Source: Patescibacteria group bacterium | Lineage (GTDB): Bacteria; Patescibacteriota; Minisyncoccia; RBG-13-40-8-A | Assembly: GCA_018897295.1 (NCBI GenBank) | Contig: JAHILA010000014.1 | Location: 67,891-131,890 of the forward strand | Length of the DNA stretch: 64,000 bases | Direction of reading: 5' to 3' | Notes under the pieces: generated by a model | What the model was told of the DNA's origin: nothing | Seen by the model: the letters and a program-made list of their open reading frames with translations, nothing else | Databases searched by the model: none | Position numbers and translations under genes: made by a program | Shown here: in pieces, positions 30,709 through 40,842 of the stretch | Layout of the letters: each line of letters begins with the position of its first letter | Position numbering within the stretch: position 1 is the first letter of the stretch

Positions 30709-32580
30709 TCAGGCGAATTTTTTAAACCAGGTAAGCTGGCGCTTGGCATATTGAAGAGTATGGAGTTTAATCGTCTCGATGATTTGTTTTCTGTTCTCGG
30801 AGTTTTTCCATTCTGCGTAGCCAATAGTATTTTTCAATACTGTTGTCCAGCCATATTTTTTGACTAATTTATTCACTTCTTTTTCCAGCCCCATTTTAAT
30901 CATTTTATCAACCCTTTTATCTATTAATTTTTTCAGCTCTGCTGAAGATTTTTCAATTTTAATATACTGGACACTGAATCGGGGACTGCTTTTTAATTGA
31001 GGTATTGGTTTATTGGTTTTAATGATAATCTCCAACGCCCTGATTAATCTGCGTTTGTTTTTAGCATCAATATTTTTTGCTCGATTCGGGTCGAGTTTTT
31101 TTAATTGTTTAAATAATTCTTTCTCGGTTTTCTTTTCTAATTCTTTTCTTAATTTCCAATCAGGTTTAACTTCTGGAATTACTATTTCATTAACCATTGC
31201 CTGAATATAAAATCCAGTGCCGCCGCAAATAATCGGTGTTTTTCCTTGTTTATAAATTTTATCTATTGCTTGTAATGCCAATTTTTTGTACTCTGTGACA
31301 CTAATCTGTTTTTGGGGATTAGCAATATCTATTATATGGTGAGGGATGTCTTGCATTTCTTTCTTCGTGGTCTTGCCTGTGCCAATATCCATTCCTTTAT
31401 AAACTTGCCTTGAATCAGCTGAAATAATTTCACCATTTATTTTTTTAGCCAGTTTGATGGCAAAAGTGGATTTTCCCGAAGCAGTTGGTCCAATAATGAC
31501 AATCAGTTTAGGTTTTGTTTTGGTTAATTTATTTAAAACTCTCCACCTCCTTACCTTTTCTTTCCATAGGACATCGTCTTTAAATCTGCTGGCCAACGTT
31601 CCGGGCCTGGTTGAATATTTATTAATATAAGCCATGTCAAATCCGACTTTTTTGAATAATCCGACTGTATTCTCAAATTGTTTTTTTGTTTCGCCGGGAA
31701 AACCCACAATTACATCTGTGGTAATTTTTGCTTGAGGGATTTTTGCACGGATTTTTCTAATTAAATTAAGATATTTTTCTGTTGTGTATCCGCGATTCAT
31801 CTTTTTCAGAATTTCATTGTCTCCACTTTGAACCGGTAAATGGATTTCTTTGCTGATTTTTGGCGATTCAGTGATTACATCAATCAATTCTGCGGAGAAA
31901 TCTTTAGGATGGGAAGTAAGAAATTTTACTGTAAAATCACCCGGGATTCCGGAAATAAGTTTAAGCAATATTGGAAAAGTAGTTTTGCCACCCTGCGGGT
32001 GGTCAGCCGTGGGCTGATCTTTATATGAATTAACGTTTTGTCCGAGTAAAATAATCTCTTTATATCTATTTTTAATGAGATTTTTTATTTCAAAAATTAT
32101 ATTTTTTGTTGATCTTGAAACCTCTCTGCCGCGGGTGTAGGGGACTGCGCAGTAAGAGCAGAAATTGTTGCAGCCGGTCATTATGGGTACAAATGCTGAT
32201 TTTTGATTTGTCTGCCTCGCTGGCAGGCAGGCCTGCCTGCCAGCGAGGCAGGAGTATTTTGGTTTCATCTCCAGATATTTTTTCCCGAGAAATTCATTGA
32301 TTGATAAAATCTCGTTAAAGAAAGATTTAAATTTAGGTTTATCTGCCTTTAAAACGCAGCCAGTTAAAATTTTCTTTGCCTTGATTTTTGCAAATTTTTT
32401 CTTTAGGCCGAAGATTCTATCAATCGCGCTTTGTCGTATAGAGCAGGCGACAACTACTATCAGGTCAGCATTTTCCATTTTATCCGTATTCCTATAATTT
32501 CGTTGTTCTAAAAATGAAGCGATTCTCTCGGAATCGCTTTCATTCATTTGGCAGCCGAATGTTTTGATGTAATACCTCAT
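30709..32580 (-). CDS. miaB-miaA: MiaB-like methylthiotransferase fused to MiaA tRNA dimethylallyltransferase
   Basis: TFGCQMN and GCNNFCSYC (MiaB) followed in the same ORF by GPTASGKS, SADSRQVY, GGTGFY, YAKRQLTWF (MiaA). Confidence 0.92.
   Translation of the reverse strand: MRYYIKTFGCQMNESDSERIASFLEQRNYRNTDKMENADLIVVVACSIRQSAIDRIFGLKKKFAKIKAKKILTGCVLKADKPKFKSFFNEILSINEFLGKKYLEMKPKYSCLAGRQACLPARQTNQKSAFVPIMTGCNNFCSYCAVPYTRGREVSRSTKNIIFEIKNLIKNRYKEIILLGQNVNSYKDQPTADHPQGGKTTFPILLKLISGIPGDFTVKFLTSHPKDFSAELIDVITESPKISKEIHLPVQSGDNEILKKMNRGYTTEKYLNLIRKIRAKIPQAKITTDVIVGFPGETKKQFENTVGLFKKVGFDMAYINKYSTRPGTLASRFKDDVLWKEKVRRWRVLNKLTKTKPKLIVIIGPTASGKSTFAIKLAKKINGEIISADSRQVYKGMDIGTGKTTKKEMQDIPHHIIDIANPQKQISVTEYKKLALQAIDKIYKQGKTPIICGGTGFYIQAMVNEIVIPEVKPDWKLRKELEKKTEKELFKQLKKLDPNRAKNIDAKNKRRLIRALEIIIKTNKPIPQLKSSPRFSVQYIKIEKSSAELKKLIDKRVDKMIKMGLEKEVNKLVKKYGWTTVLKNTIGYAEWKNSENRKQIIETIKLHTLQYAKRQLTWFKKFA
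32212..32251. repeat. Inverted dimer of the element in miaB (perfect 40-bp palindrome)
   Basis: CTGCCTCGCTGGCAGGCAGG|CCTGCCTGCCAGCGAGGCAG; peptide CLAGRQACLPARQ. Confidence 0.92.
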
Positions 32581-34298
32581 TTTATTTTCTTGATAAATCC
32601 TTCAATTTTCATCATTCCGATATCTCCTTTTTCTCTGGTTCTTACGCGAACAGATTTATTTTTTATTTCTTCATCTCCAACTACAAGCATATAAGGGATT
32701 TTTTGTATTTCTCCCTCGCGGATTTTTTTAGAAACAGTTTCGTTTTCATTCTTTACTTTAATTCTTAAACCATGAGTCATAAGTTTTTCTTTGATTTGCT
32801 CGGCATATTTCGCGTGGCGGTCTCCAATAGGAATAACATAAACCTGGATAGGGGAGAGCCAGAATGGCAAAGCACCAGCATAATTTTCAAGCAAAACCCC
32901 GATGAATCTTTCTATTGAACCAAGCAGGGCTCGATGAACCATATATGGCCTTTGTTTTTTGCCTTTGTCGTCAATATAAGTCAAATCAAATTTTTCCGGC
33001 AGATTAAAGTCAAACTGGACAGTAGTGCATTGCCATTCCCTTCCTAATGAATCTTTGATTTTGATATCAATTTTCGGCCCGTAAAAAACCCCTCCGCCTT
33101 TATCAACTTGGTATTTTAGATTCAATTTATTTAAGACATTTTTTAGAGTATTGGTTGCTTTTTCCCAATTCTTCGGAGTTCCTACATATTTTTCCGGCCG
33201 AGTAGCCAGATAAATATTATATTCTTTAAATCCAAATTCTTTTAGAAGTTTGATGCCGAATTTTACAGCAGCCATCATTTCATCAGCCAATTGGTCCGGG
33301 GTGCAGATTATGTGCGCATCATCCTGGGTAAATCCTCTGACTCGGGTCAAGCCATGCAGAACTCCGGAACGTTCAAACCTATAAACCGTACCGAGTTCTG
33401 CCCAGCGTACGGGCAAATCTCTGTAGCTTCGGCTTTTGGTCTTATAGATTTTCATGTGGAACGGGCAGTTCATCGGCTTGATTAAGTATTTATCGCCTTC
33501 AACTTGCATTGGGCCGAACATATTTTCTTTGTAAAAATCAGTATGGCCTGATGTTTGCCAGAGTTTTATCCGGCCGATATGGGGAGTGTCGATTATTTCA
33601 TAGCCGTTTTTTAGATGTTCATTAACCCAGTAATTTTCAATTACTCCCTTTAAAGCCGTTCCCTTAGGATGCCAGAGGATTAGTCCCGGTCCGACTTCTT
33701 CGTCAATGCTGAATAAATCCAGTTTTTGGCCGATTAAACGATGGTCGCGCTTTTCCGCTTCTTTGATTTGTTTCAGATAAGCATCCAACTCTCCTTTAGT
33801 ATTAAAAGCAATTCCGTAAATTCTTTGCAGCATGGGATTTTTTTCATCTCCGCGCCAATAAGCGCCAGCGATTTTTGTCAGCTTAAATGCATCAGGATTA
33901 ATTTCCTTTGTGGATTTTACGTGCGGGCCTTTGCATAAATCAGTAAAATCTCCGCTAATATAAATAGTTGCGTTTTTGCTGTCGAGGTCTTTTATAAGCT
34001 CCAATTTATATGGCTGGTTTTTGAATAATTTTATAGCTTGTGACTTGGGGACTAATTTTCTTTTGAATTCAATATTTTGTTTGATTAGCTCGCGCATTCT
34101 TTTTTCAATCTTCGGTAGATCTTCTGGAACTAAGGTCGCCCTCGCCTTCGCTCCGCGAGCTTCGGCGGGCAAATGGAAGTCGTAGTAAAATCCGTTCTCA
34201 ATTGTCGGGCCAATAGCAAATTTAGTTCCAGGAAATAATTCCTGAACTGCATATGCCATAATGTGGCTTATTGAATGTCGTATTGTATCAATTTTCAT
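32577..34298 (-). CDS. thrS: Threonine--tRNA ligase
   Basis: DLCKGPH, KPMNCP, RVRGFTQDDAH, HRALLGS. Confidence 0.97.
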   Translation of the reverse strand: MKIDTIRHSISHIMAYAVQELFPGTKFAIGPTIENGFYYDFHLPAEARGAKARATLVPEDLPKIEKRMRELIKQNIEFKRKLVPKSQAIKLFKNQPYKLELIKDLDSKNATIYISGDFTDLCKGPHVKSTKEINPDAFKLTKIAGAYWRGDEKNPMLQRIYGIAFNTKGELDAYLKQIKEAEKRDHRLIGQKLDLFSIDEEVGPGLILWHPKGTALKGVIENYWVNEHLKNGYEIIDTPHIGRIKLWQTSGHTDFYKENMFGPMQVEGDKYLIKPMNCPFHMKIYKTKSRSYRDLPVRWAELGTVYRFERSGVLHGLTRVRGFTQDDAHIICTPDQLADEMMAAVKFGIKLLKEFGFKEYNIYLATRPEKYVGTPKNWEKATNTLKNVLNKLNLKYQVDKGGGVFYGPKIDIKIKDSLGREWQCTTVQFDFNLPEKFDLTYIDDKGKKQRPYMVHRALLGSIERFIGVLLENYAGALPFWLSPIQVYVIPIGDRHAKYAEQIKEKLMTHGLRIKVKNENETVSKKIREGEIQKIPYMLVVGDEEIKNKSVRVRTREKGDIGMMKIEGFIKKIK

Positions 34299-37200
34299 AT
34301 AATTTCTTCTGCATTATCACAGAGGATTTTTAGTTGGTCGTCTTTATCAGTCAGGCGGCCCTCGACCAAGATGACTTTTCCTTCCTGCCAAATGGTCGGA
34401 TTTTTTTCCAAAATTGTGGCAAAGACCAAGATTTCTATCGCGCTGGTCAAGTCCTCCGCTTTTACAAACAGCATCGGCTTGCCGGATTTGGTAATAAATT
34501 TGGTAATCTTGATAATTACCCCTGCAATTTTAACTTTACTATCTTTTTTCTCTTTGAGCAAGTCCCTAATCTGGATTATTTTGCCTTTCAAGAAGCCTTC
34601 GTGGTTTTTAAGCGGATGGTCAGAGATATACATTCCCAGTAAATCTTTTTCCCATTGGATTTCCTCGCTTAACAATTTTCTTTTTCCATTGCCGTTTCCG
34701 TTAGTGAATAATAATTGGTTTTTATTTGTTATTAGTTCTTCGCCGAATAAGCTGGCTTGGCCGTTATCTTTTGTTTTTTGCGATTCTTTAGAGAATTCCA
34801 AGAGTTCCTCTAAATGTTCTAATAATTCTTTTCTTTGGGCAAGAGCATCGAATGCTCCTGCGCGGATTAAGTTTTCCAGAGATTTTTTATTGATAATTGC
34901 TGATTTCCCCGCTTGAGGAGTAAGGCGAGTGAGGAAACCAGCCATGGTTTGAAAATTTCCATTTTGCTTTCTTTCTTCAACAATTGCTGCCACAACATTA
35001 TGACCTACGTTTTTTATTGCTGCTAATCCGAAGCGAATTGATGGAGGCCCGCCTGCCGGCGAGGCAGGGACGAGCGTAAAATTATCAAAACTTTCATTGA
35101 TATCCGGAGCTAAAACCTGGATGCCCATTTTTTTCGCCTCATCAACTAAAATATTAATCCTATCCAGGTCTTTTTGGTCTGCCTGCATTAAAGCAGTGAT
35201 AAATTCCTCTGGATAATTCGCTTTTAAATAAGCTGTCTGGTAAGCAATTAGAGCATAACAGGTTGCATGAGAACGATTAAATCCATATTGGGCAAATGGC
35301 TCGATAGAATCCCATATTTTCTGTGCGATTTCTTTATCAATTCCGTTTTTCACCATGCCGTCAATCATTTTATCGGCCTGCTGTTCAAGTAGTTTTCTAA
35401 TTTTTTTGCCGACTGCTTTTCTCAAAACATCTGCTTCGGACATGGTAAATCCCGCTAAATCTTTTGCAATTTGCATCAGTTGTTCCTGGTAAACAGTAAT
35501 GCCGTAAGTATTTTTCAGGATTGGCTCGAGTTTCGGATGGACATATTTAATTTCTTTTTCTCCGTGTTTCCGGGCAATATAATCGGGAATCAAATCCATG
35601 GGTCCGGGCCGGTATAAAGAAATCATGACAATAATGTCTTCTAAGTCATTTGGTTTTAATTTCTGCAAATATTTTCTCATGCCGGAAGATTCCAATTGGA
35701 ATACCCCGACTGTATTTACTCTTTTGAAAAGTTCAAAGGTTTTTTTGTCGTCTAATGGTATATCATCAATATTAATTTTAATTCCCCGGAGTTTTTCAAT
35801 GAGATTTAAAGCTGTTTCAATAGTGGTTAGATTTTTTAAGCCGAGAAAATCCATTTTTAAGAGTCCAAGCGCTTCAATGCTGTGCATTTCATATTGAGTG
35901 ACAATAGAATTCTCGTCCTGCGGTGCAAATTGGCGCGGAGCATAAAAATCAATCGGATTTTTAGTGATTACAATTCCGCAGGCATGGGTTGAAGCATGGC
36001 GGGCAACGCCTTCTAATTTCGTAGCAATATCAATCAATATTTTTACCTGGTCATCAGTGTCGTAGGATTGGGAAAGTTCGGGAACCTTTTCTAGGGCTTC
36101 TTTTAATCCAAAGCCGAAAGGAATCATTTTAGCAATTTGGTCGCAGAAAGCATAGGTATAGCCGAGAGCTCTGCCAGTGTCTCTGATTGCAGCGCGGCTG
36201 GCCATTGTTCCAAAAGTAATAATTTGGGCAACGTGGTCAGCTCCGTATTTTTTTGCAACGTAATTAACAATTTCATTTCGTCTAATATCGGCAAAATCTA
36301 AATCAATATCAGGCATACTTATTCTTTCCGGATTAAGAAATCTTTCAAAAAGAAGTTTGTATTTCAGCGGGTCGACATTAGTGATATTTAAAAGATAAGA
36401 GACAATCGAACCTGCTGCTGAACCTCTTCCTGGCCCGACGACAATGTTGTTATTTTTTGCCCAATTAACTACGTCCTGGACAATCAGGAAGTACGAAGCG
36501 AAGCCGGTTTTTTCAATAACCCCCAATTCAAATTTCAGTTGTTTTTTTGCCTGGTTGAGATTTTCTCCAAAGTCTCTTTTGCGCAATCCTTTTTCGCATA
36601 ATTTTTTCAGATAAGAATTCGCTGTTTCGTCTTCAGGAAGAGGAAAGTGGGGAAGCTCGATTTTATCAAGCTCCAGTTTAAGGTTGCACATATCAGCGAT
36701 TTTCTGGGTGCTTTCAATCGCTTCCGGAATATTGCGAAATGCGCTAATCATTTCATCGGGCGGTTTCAGGGAATAATCTTCGCCTTTCATAGTCATTCTG
36801 TTTTTTTCACCAACAGTGCGGTTGGTCTGGACGCAAAGCAGAACATCGTGCACATCAGCATCTTCTTTGTTTAAATAATGAACATCATTAGTGGCAACCA
36901 ATGGCAAATTTGTTTCTTTTGCTAGTTTGACAATCTTTTCATTCAGACGGACCTGGTTTAAATCATTCGGATGGTCCATTATTTCAAGATAAAAATTGTC
37001 CTTGCCGAAAAGTTTTGAATATTCTAAGGTAAGTTTTTTTGCTTTGGCAATGTCGTCAGCCAGAAGCGCGGACGGAATTTCTCCTTGCGGACAGGCGGTC
37101 AGAGCAATCAGTCCCTCGTGATACTCTTTCAAAATTTCTTTGTCGATTCTCGGCTTATAATAAAAACCCTCAAGATGGGCTTTGGTTACGAGTTTGATTA

Positions 37201-37510
37201 AATTATGATAGCCGGTTTTGTCTTTTGCCAATAAGATTAAATGATATCTGATATCGGATTTGCCTGCGGTTTTGTCAAAGCGGCTTCCTGGTACGAGATA
37301 GGTTTCAACGCCGATAATCGGTTTTATACCGGCAGAAGTTGCTTTTTTATAAAATTCAACCACGCCGTACATTGTGCCGTGGTCAGTAAGAGCCAAGGAA
37401 TCCATTCCTGTTGCCTTGGCTTTTTCAATTAGTTCATCAATTTTTGCCAATCCGTCCAAAAGCGAATAATGACTATGAACGTGTAAGTGTGTAAACTTTT
37501 GTTCCGCCAT
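34295..37510 (-). CDS. dnaE: DNA polymerase III alpha subunit
   Basis: PHP motif HLHVHSHYSLLDG, GRGSAAGS, PDIDLDF, KMDFLGL. Confidence 0.97.
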   Translation of the reverse strand: MAEQKFTHLHVHSHYSLLDGLAKIDELIEKAKATGMDSLALTDHGTMYGVVEFYKKATSAGIKPIIGVETYLVPGSRFDKTAGKSDIRYHLILLAKDKTGYHNLIKLVTKAHLEGFYYKPRIDKEILKEYHEGLIALTACPQGEIPSALLADDIAKAKKLTLEYSKLFGKDNFYLEIMDHPNDLNQVRLNEKIVKLAKETNLPLVATNDVHYLNKEDADVHDVLLCVQTNRTVGEKNRMTMKGEDYSLKPPDEMISAFRNIPEAIESTQKIADMCNLKLELDKIELPHFPLPEDETANSYLKKLCEKGLRKRDFGENLNQAKKQLKFELGVIEKTGFASYFLIVQDVVNWAKNNNIVVGPGRGSAAGSIVSYLLNITNVDPLKYKLLFERFLNPERISMPDIDLDFADIRRNEIVNYVAKKYGADHVAQIITFGTMASRAAIRDTGRALGYTYAFCDQIAKMIPFGFGLKEALEKVPELSQSYDTDDQVKILIDIATKLEGVARHASTHACGIVITKNPIDFYAPRQFAPQDENSIVTQYEMHSIEALGLLKMDFLGLKNLTTIETALNLIEKLRGIKINIDDIPLDDKKTFELFKRVNTVGVFQLESSGMRKYLQKLKPNDLEDIIVMISLYRPGPMDLIPDYIARKHGEKEIKYVHPKLEPILKNTYGITVYQEQLMQIAKDLAGFTMSEADVLRKAVGKKIRKLLEQQADKMIDGMVKNGIDKEIAQKIWDSIEPFAQYGFNRSHATCYALIAYQTAYLKANYPEEFITALMQADQKDLDRINILVDEAKKMGIQVLAPDINESFDNFTLVPASPAGGPPSIRFGLAAIKNVGHNVVAAIVEERKQNGNFQTMAGFLTRLTPQAGKSAIINKKSLENLIRAGAFDALAQRKELLEHLEELLEFSKESQKTKDNGQASLFGEELITNKNQLLFTNGNGNGKRKLLSEEIQWEKDLLGMYISDHPLKNHEGFLKGKIIQIRDLLKEKKDSKVKIAGVIIKITKFITKSGKPMLFVKAEDLTSAIEILVFATILEKNPTIWQEGKVILVEGRLTDKDDQLKILCDNAEEII
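35048..35068. repeat. 21-bp palindromic element in dnaE
   Basis: CCCGCCTGCCGGCGAGGCAGG; peptide PASPAGG. Confidence 0.85.
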
Positions 37511-37573
37511 GAACTTATTATATCACAAGATAAATTTGCATTTAAATTTTTTTTCTGATATATTGAAATCAAT

Positions 37574-37888
37574 ATGCCAGTACCAAAACAAAGACATACC
37601 AAAAGCAGAAGAAATAGGCGAAGATCTCATCTTAAATTAAAGAAGAGAACTTTAGGTAGCTGTCCGAAATGTGGAGAGCCGATTTTGCCGCATCATATCT
37701 GCGCTTTTTGCGGATTTTATAATGGTGTAGAAAGAATTGATGTTCTGGCGAAATTAGAGAAGAAAGCCAAGAAGAAAAAGGAAAAAGAACTAAAAGAACA
37801 CGAAGGAGAAGTTAAAGAAACAGCAAAAGCCATGCCTACCGGCAGGCAGGTCAAACCATTAAGTTTAGAAGAATTGTCTAAAAAATAA
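37574..37888 (+). CDS. rpmF: 50S ribosomal protein L32 with C-terminal extension
   Basis: [20 protein letters not shown]. Confidence 0.93.
   Translation: MPVPKQRHTKSRRNRRRSHLKLKKRTLGSCPKCGEPILPHHICAFCGFYNGVERIDVLAKLEKKAKKKKEKELKEHEGEVKETAKAMPTGRQVKPLSLEELSKK
37831..37851. repeat. Palindromic element in the rpmF tail
   Basis: CATGCCTACCGGCAGGCAGGT; peptide MPTGRQV. Confidence 0.8.
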
Positions 37889-37889
37889 T

Positions 37890-38333
37890 ATGTCTTCAAG
37901 GCACATTGCTCGCTCAATAGTCTTGCAATCTTTATACGAACTGGATTTCAACTTCGCCCGTGGGCGAGACAAGCAAGAGAAAAATCTTAATATTGATAAA
38001 GTTATTGAAAGAAACAAACAGGAATTTGGGTTAGGAATTGAAGAAAATGAATTCATAAATAATTTGGCGCACGGGGTTTTAGAGCATCAATCACAGATTG
38101 ATGATATTATTACTAAGTCAGCTCCAGAATGGCCTTTGAACCAGATTACTATTGTTGACAGGAATGTGCTGAGAATCGGGATTTATGAATTATTGTTCGG
38201 CGATAAAGAGCAAGTTCCGCCGAAAGTGGCAATTAATGAAGCAATTGAATTAGCCAAAGGTTATGGCGGGGACAGCTCTGGCAGATTTGTAAATGGAGTT
38301 TTGGGGACGATTTTTAGAGAAATGAATAAATAA
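37890..38333 (+). CDS. nusB: Transcription antitermination factor NusB
   Basis: [17 protein letters not shown]. Confidence 0.95.
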   Translation: MSSRHIARSIVLQSLYELDFNFARGRDKQEKNLNIDKVIERNKQEFGLGIEENEFINNLAHGVLEHQSQIDDIITKSAPEWPLNQITIVDRNVLRIGIYELLFGDKEQVPPKVAINEAIELAKGYGGDSSGRFVNGVLGTIFREMNK

Positions 38334-38338
38334 TATTT

Positions 38339-39040
38339 ATGGCTGCGATTGAAAATCTTAATCAATTAGAGAAGAATTTTAAAATAAAATTTAAGAATAA
38401 AAGCTTGTTGCAACAGGCTTTTATTCATAGATCTTATTTAAATGAAAATCCCGGCTGCGAATCAGAGCAGAACGAACGTTTAGAATTTTTAGGCGATGCA
38501 GTAATTGAATTAGTGGTTACAAATTATCTTTTTAAGAATTATCCCAAGAATCCAGAAGGGGATTTAACTACTTGGCGAGCAGCTTTGGTTAATAGCAAGA
38601 TGCTGTCTGAAGTTGCTAATAAACTGGGATTTAATGATTATTTGATGCTTTCAAAAGGCGAAGGGCAGGACATAGGACGTGCCCGCCAATTTATTTTGGC
38701 TAATACATTTGAAGCAGTTGTCGGGGCGATTTATTTGGATAGAGGATTTGCTAAGGCGGAAAAATTTCTTTGTGAGAACTTAATTTGCGAACTAGAAAGA
38801 GTTTTAAGCGAGAAATTATATTTAGATCCAAAGAGCCATTTTCAGGAAGAAGCGCAGGGCAAGGAAGGGATTACGCCTAATTATGAATTAATTGAGCAGA
38901 AAGGTCCTGACCATGCCAGAAATTTTGTAGTTGGGGTATATTTAAAAGGGGACCTTATTGCTAAAGGCGATGGTCCGTCAAAGCAGGCAGCACAGGAAGA
39001 TGCAGCAAGAAAGGCGTTAAAAGAAAAGGGATGGGAGTAG
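38339..39040 (+). CDS. rnc: Ribonuclease III
   Basis: NERLEFLGDAV, C-terminal dsRBD. Confidence 0.97.
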   Translation: MAAIENLNQLEKNFKIKFKNKSLLQQAFIHRSYLNENPGCESEQNERLEFLGDAVIELVVTNYLFKNYPKNPEGDLTTWRAALVNSKMLSEVANKLGFNDYLMLSKGEGQDIGRARQFILANTFEAVVGAIYLDRGFAKAEKFLCENLICELERVLSEKLYLDPKSHFQEEAQGKEGITPNYELIEQKGPDHARNFVVGVYLKGDLIAKGDGPSKQAAQEDAARKALKEKGWE

Positions 39041-39082
39041 AGTCGATTGCCAAAATTATTTTTGTCTGTTATATTAAAATTC

Positions 39083-39472
39083 ATGTTAAAAATACGATTA
39101 CAGAGAATTGGAAAAAAGAATAGCCCGAGCTTTCGGGTTGTTTTGGTTGAACACACCATGAGGCCTCAGGGAAAATTTTTGGAACTGCTTGGCTCATATA
39201 ATAAAATTCAGAAACAGAAGAGTTTTAATAAAGAAAGAATCTTGTATCGGATTTCCAAAGGAGCGCAAGTTTCTCCAACCGTGCATAATTTATTAGTTGA
39301 TGAAAAGATTATTGATAAACCAAAGGTAAAAGCATGGAAGCCCAAGAAAAAAACAGTCGAAGAGGCGAAGAATGTTGTACCTCCGACGCCCGCTGAAGGC
39401 GGGGTCGGAGTCCCGACCTCTCCGCCAGATGCGGAGAGCGTCGGGATTGACATAGAACCAAAAAAGGAATAA
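39083..39472 (+). CDS. rpsP: 30S ribosomal protein S16 with a hairpin-derived C-terminal tail
   Basis: MLKIRLQRIGKK...GKFLELLGSY. Confidence 0.92.
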   Translation: MLKIRLQRIGKKNSPSFRVVLVEHTMRPQGKFLELLGSYNKIQKQKSFNKERILYRISKGAQVSPTVHNLLVDEKIIDKPKVKAWKPKKKTVEEAKNVVPPTPAEGGVGVPTSPPDAESVGIDIEPKKE

Positions 39473-39563
39473 AATACATAAAAGATAGTAGCACTGCTAT
39501 CATCTGAAATGCAGAAAGGTCGGCTACTAGTAAATCCGTAATTCATTTAATCTATTGAAAAAC

Positions 39564-39884
39564 ATGGCTAAAGCAAAAGATCAGGAATTTCTTGAATCAT
39601 TAGTTGAAGGCATTGTTAACAATCCAAAAGACGTTGAGATTGAAAGAATCGTCGATGAAATGGGCGTACTTTTAACCTTAAAAGTCAATCCGGAAGATAT
39701 GGGTGCTTTAATTGGCCGCGGTGGTTCAACAGCAGGAGCTATTAGAACTCTTTTAAGAATCGTTGGCGCCAAGAATAATGCCCGAGTTAATCTCAAGATT
39801 GAAGAGCCAGAAGGCGGGAAAAGACCCGCAGTTCGAGGCGAGAAAAAGGATGTTGACAGCGTAGTCGACGACCTCAAGATATAA
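39564..39884 (+). CDS. khpA: KH-domain RNA-binding protein
   Basis: DMGALIGRGG; rpsP-khpA-trmD order. Confidence 0.88.
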   Translation: MAKAKDQEFLESLVEGIVNNPKDVEIERIVDEMGVLLTLKVNPEDMGALIGRGGSTAGAIRTLLRIVGAKNNARVNLKIEEPEGGKRPAVRGEKKDVDSVVDDLKI

Positions 39885-40066
39885 CTTGCCCTGCCAAGGC
39901 GGGGTTCATAGAACTTGTCAAAAACCGTGCTATTTATGGCACGGTTTTTAGTTTGTTTAGTTATATACATTTTTTCTTGATCGTGAAAAAGTGTATATAT
40001 AACAATTATTGTAATTTTCCTTGTTTTTTAGTAAAATTTGTGGTATTTTAAAGTTGAAATAAATTT

Positions 40067-40690
40067 ATGAAGTTTAATATAATAACTATATTTCCGGATA
40101 TATTTGATTCGTATTTTTCCGAATCAATTATTAAACGAGCGCAAGCAAAAAAGCTTGTGGATATTAAAATTCATAATTTACGGGATTATACTGACGATAA
40201 GCATAGGCAGGTTGATGATAAGCCGTATGGCGGGGGGCCGGGAATGGTGATGATGGTGGAACCGATTTTAAAGGCGATCAAGAAAATAAAAAAGGGCAAA
40301 GCAAAAATTATTCTATTTTCTCCGAAAGGAAAGAAATTTAATCAAGAAATGGCGAAACGATTTAGTAAATTGAATCAATTGATTATGATTTGCGGGAGAT
40401 ATGAGGGAGTTGATGAAAGGGTTGCAAAATATATTGCTGACGAGGAAATTTCAATAGGAGATTATATTTTGACTGGCGGAGAAATTCCAGCGATGATTGT
40501 TGTTGATGCAGTAAGCCGTTTTATCCCCGGTGTTTTAGGAAAACATGAATCCTTGGAAGAAATTAAAGGCAGTTATCCGGTTTATACAAGACCAGAATCT
40601 ACCTTGATAAAAAATAAAAAAAGAATTGTCCCGAAAGTTTTATTATCCGGCAATCATAAAAAAATAGAAGAGTGGAGGAGAGGACTTTAG
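40067..40690 (+). CDS. trmD: tRNA (guanine-N1)-methyltransferase
   Basis: [32 protein letters not shown]. Confidence 0.97.
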   Translation: MKFNIITIFPDIFDSYFSESIIKRAQAKKLVDIKIHNLRDYTDDKHRQVDDKPYGGGPGMVMMVEPILKAIKKIKKGKAKIILFSPKGKKFNQEMAKRFSKLNQLIMICGRYEGVDERVAKYIADEEISIGDYILTGGEIPAMIVVDAVSRFIPGVLGKHESLEEIKGSYPVYTRPESTLIKNKKRIVPKVLLSGNHKKIEEWRRGL

Positions 40691-40709
40691 CCCGAGCGAA
40701 GTCGAGGGC

Positions 40710-40813
40710 TTGACACGCGAATTAAATTTTTATACTATTTAAACATAAGAGATCCTTATTATTTGCTTCGGCAGTAATAAGTAACGAGAGGCCCCTTTGG
40801 GTCTCTTGTTTTA
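40710..40813 (+). promoter_or_regulatory. Sigma70 promoter followed by a structured leader or small RNA with terminator
   Basis: TTGACA at 40710; cUUCGg hairpin; GAGAGGCCC/GGGTCTCTT hairpin plus T-run. Confidence 0.6.
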
Positions 40814-40842
40814 AGTTCAACATAAGAATATACTAAAATTAT

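Noticed and set aside
34275-34916. 213-aa plus-strand ORF and other long antisense ORFs over core genes
   Set aside because: They are antisense shadows of dnaE and similar genes, with no motifs or expression signals.
34905-34932. Possible second element in dnaE (LTRLTPQAGKS)
   Set aside because: It is too degenerate to assign without an ortholog alignment.
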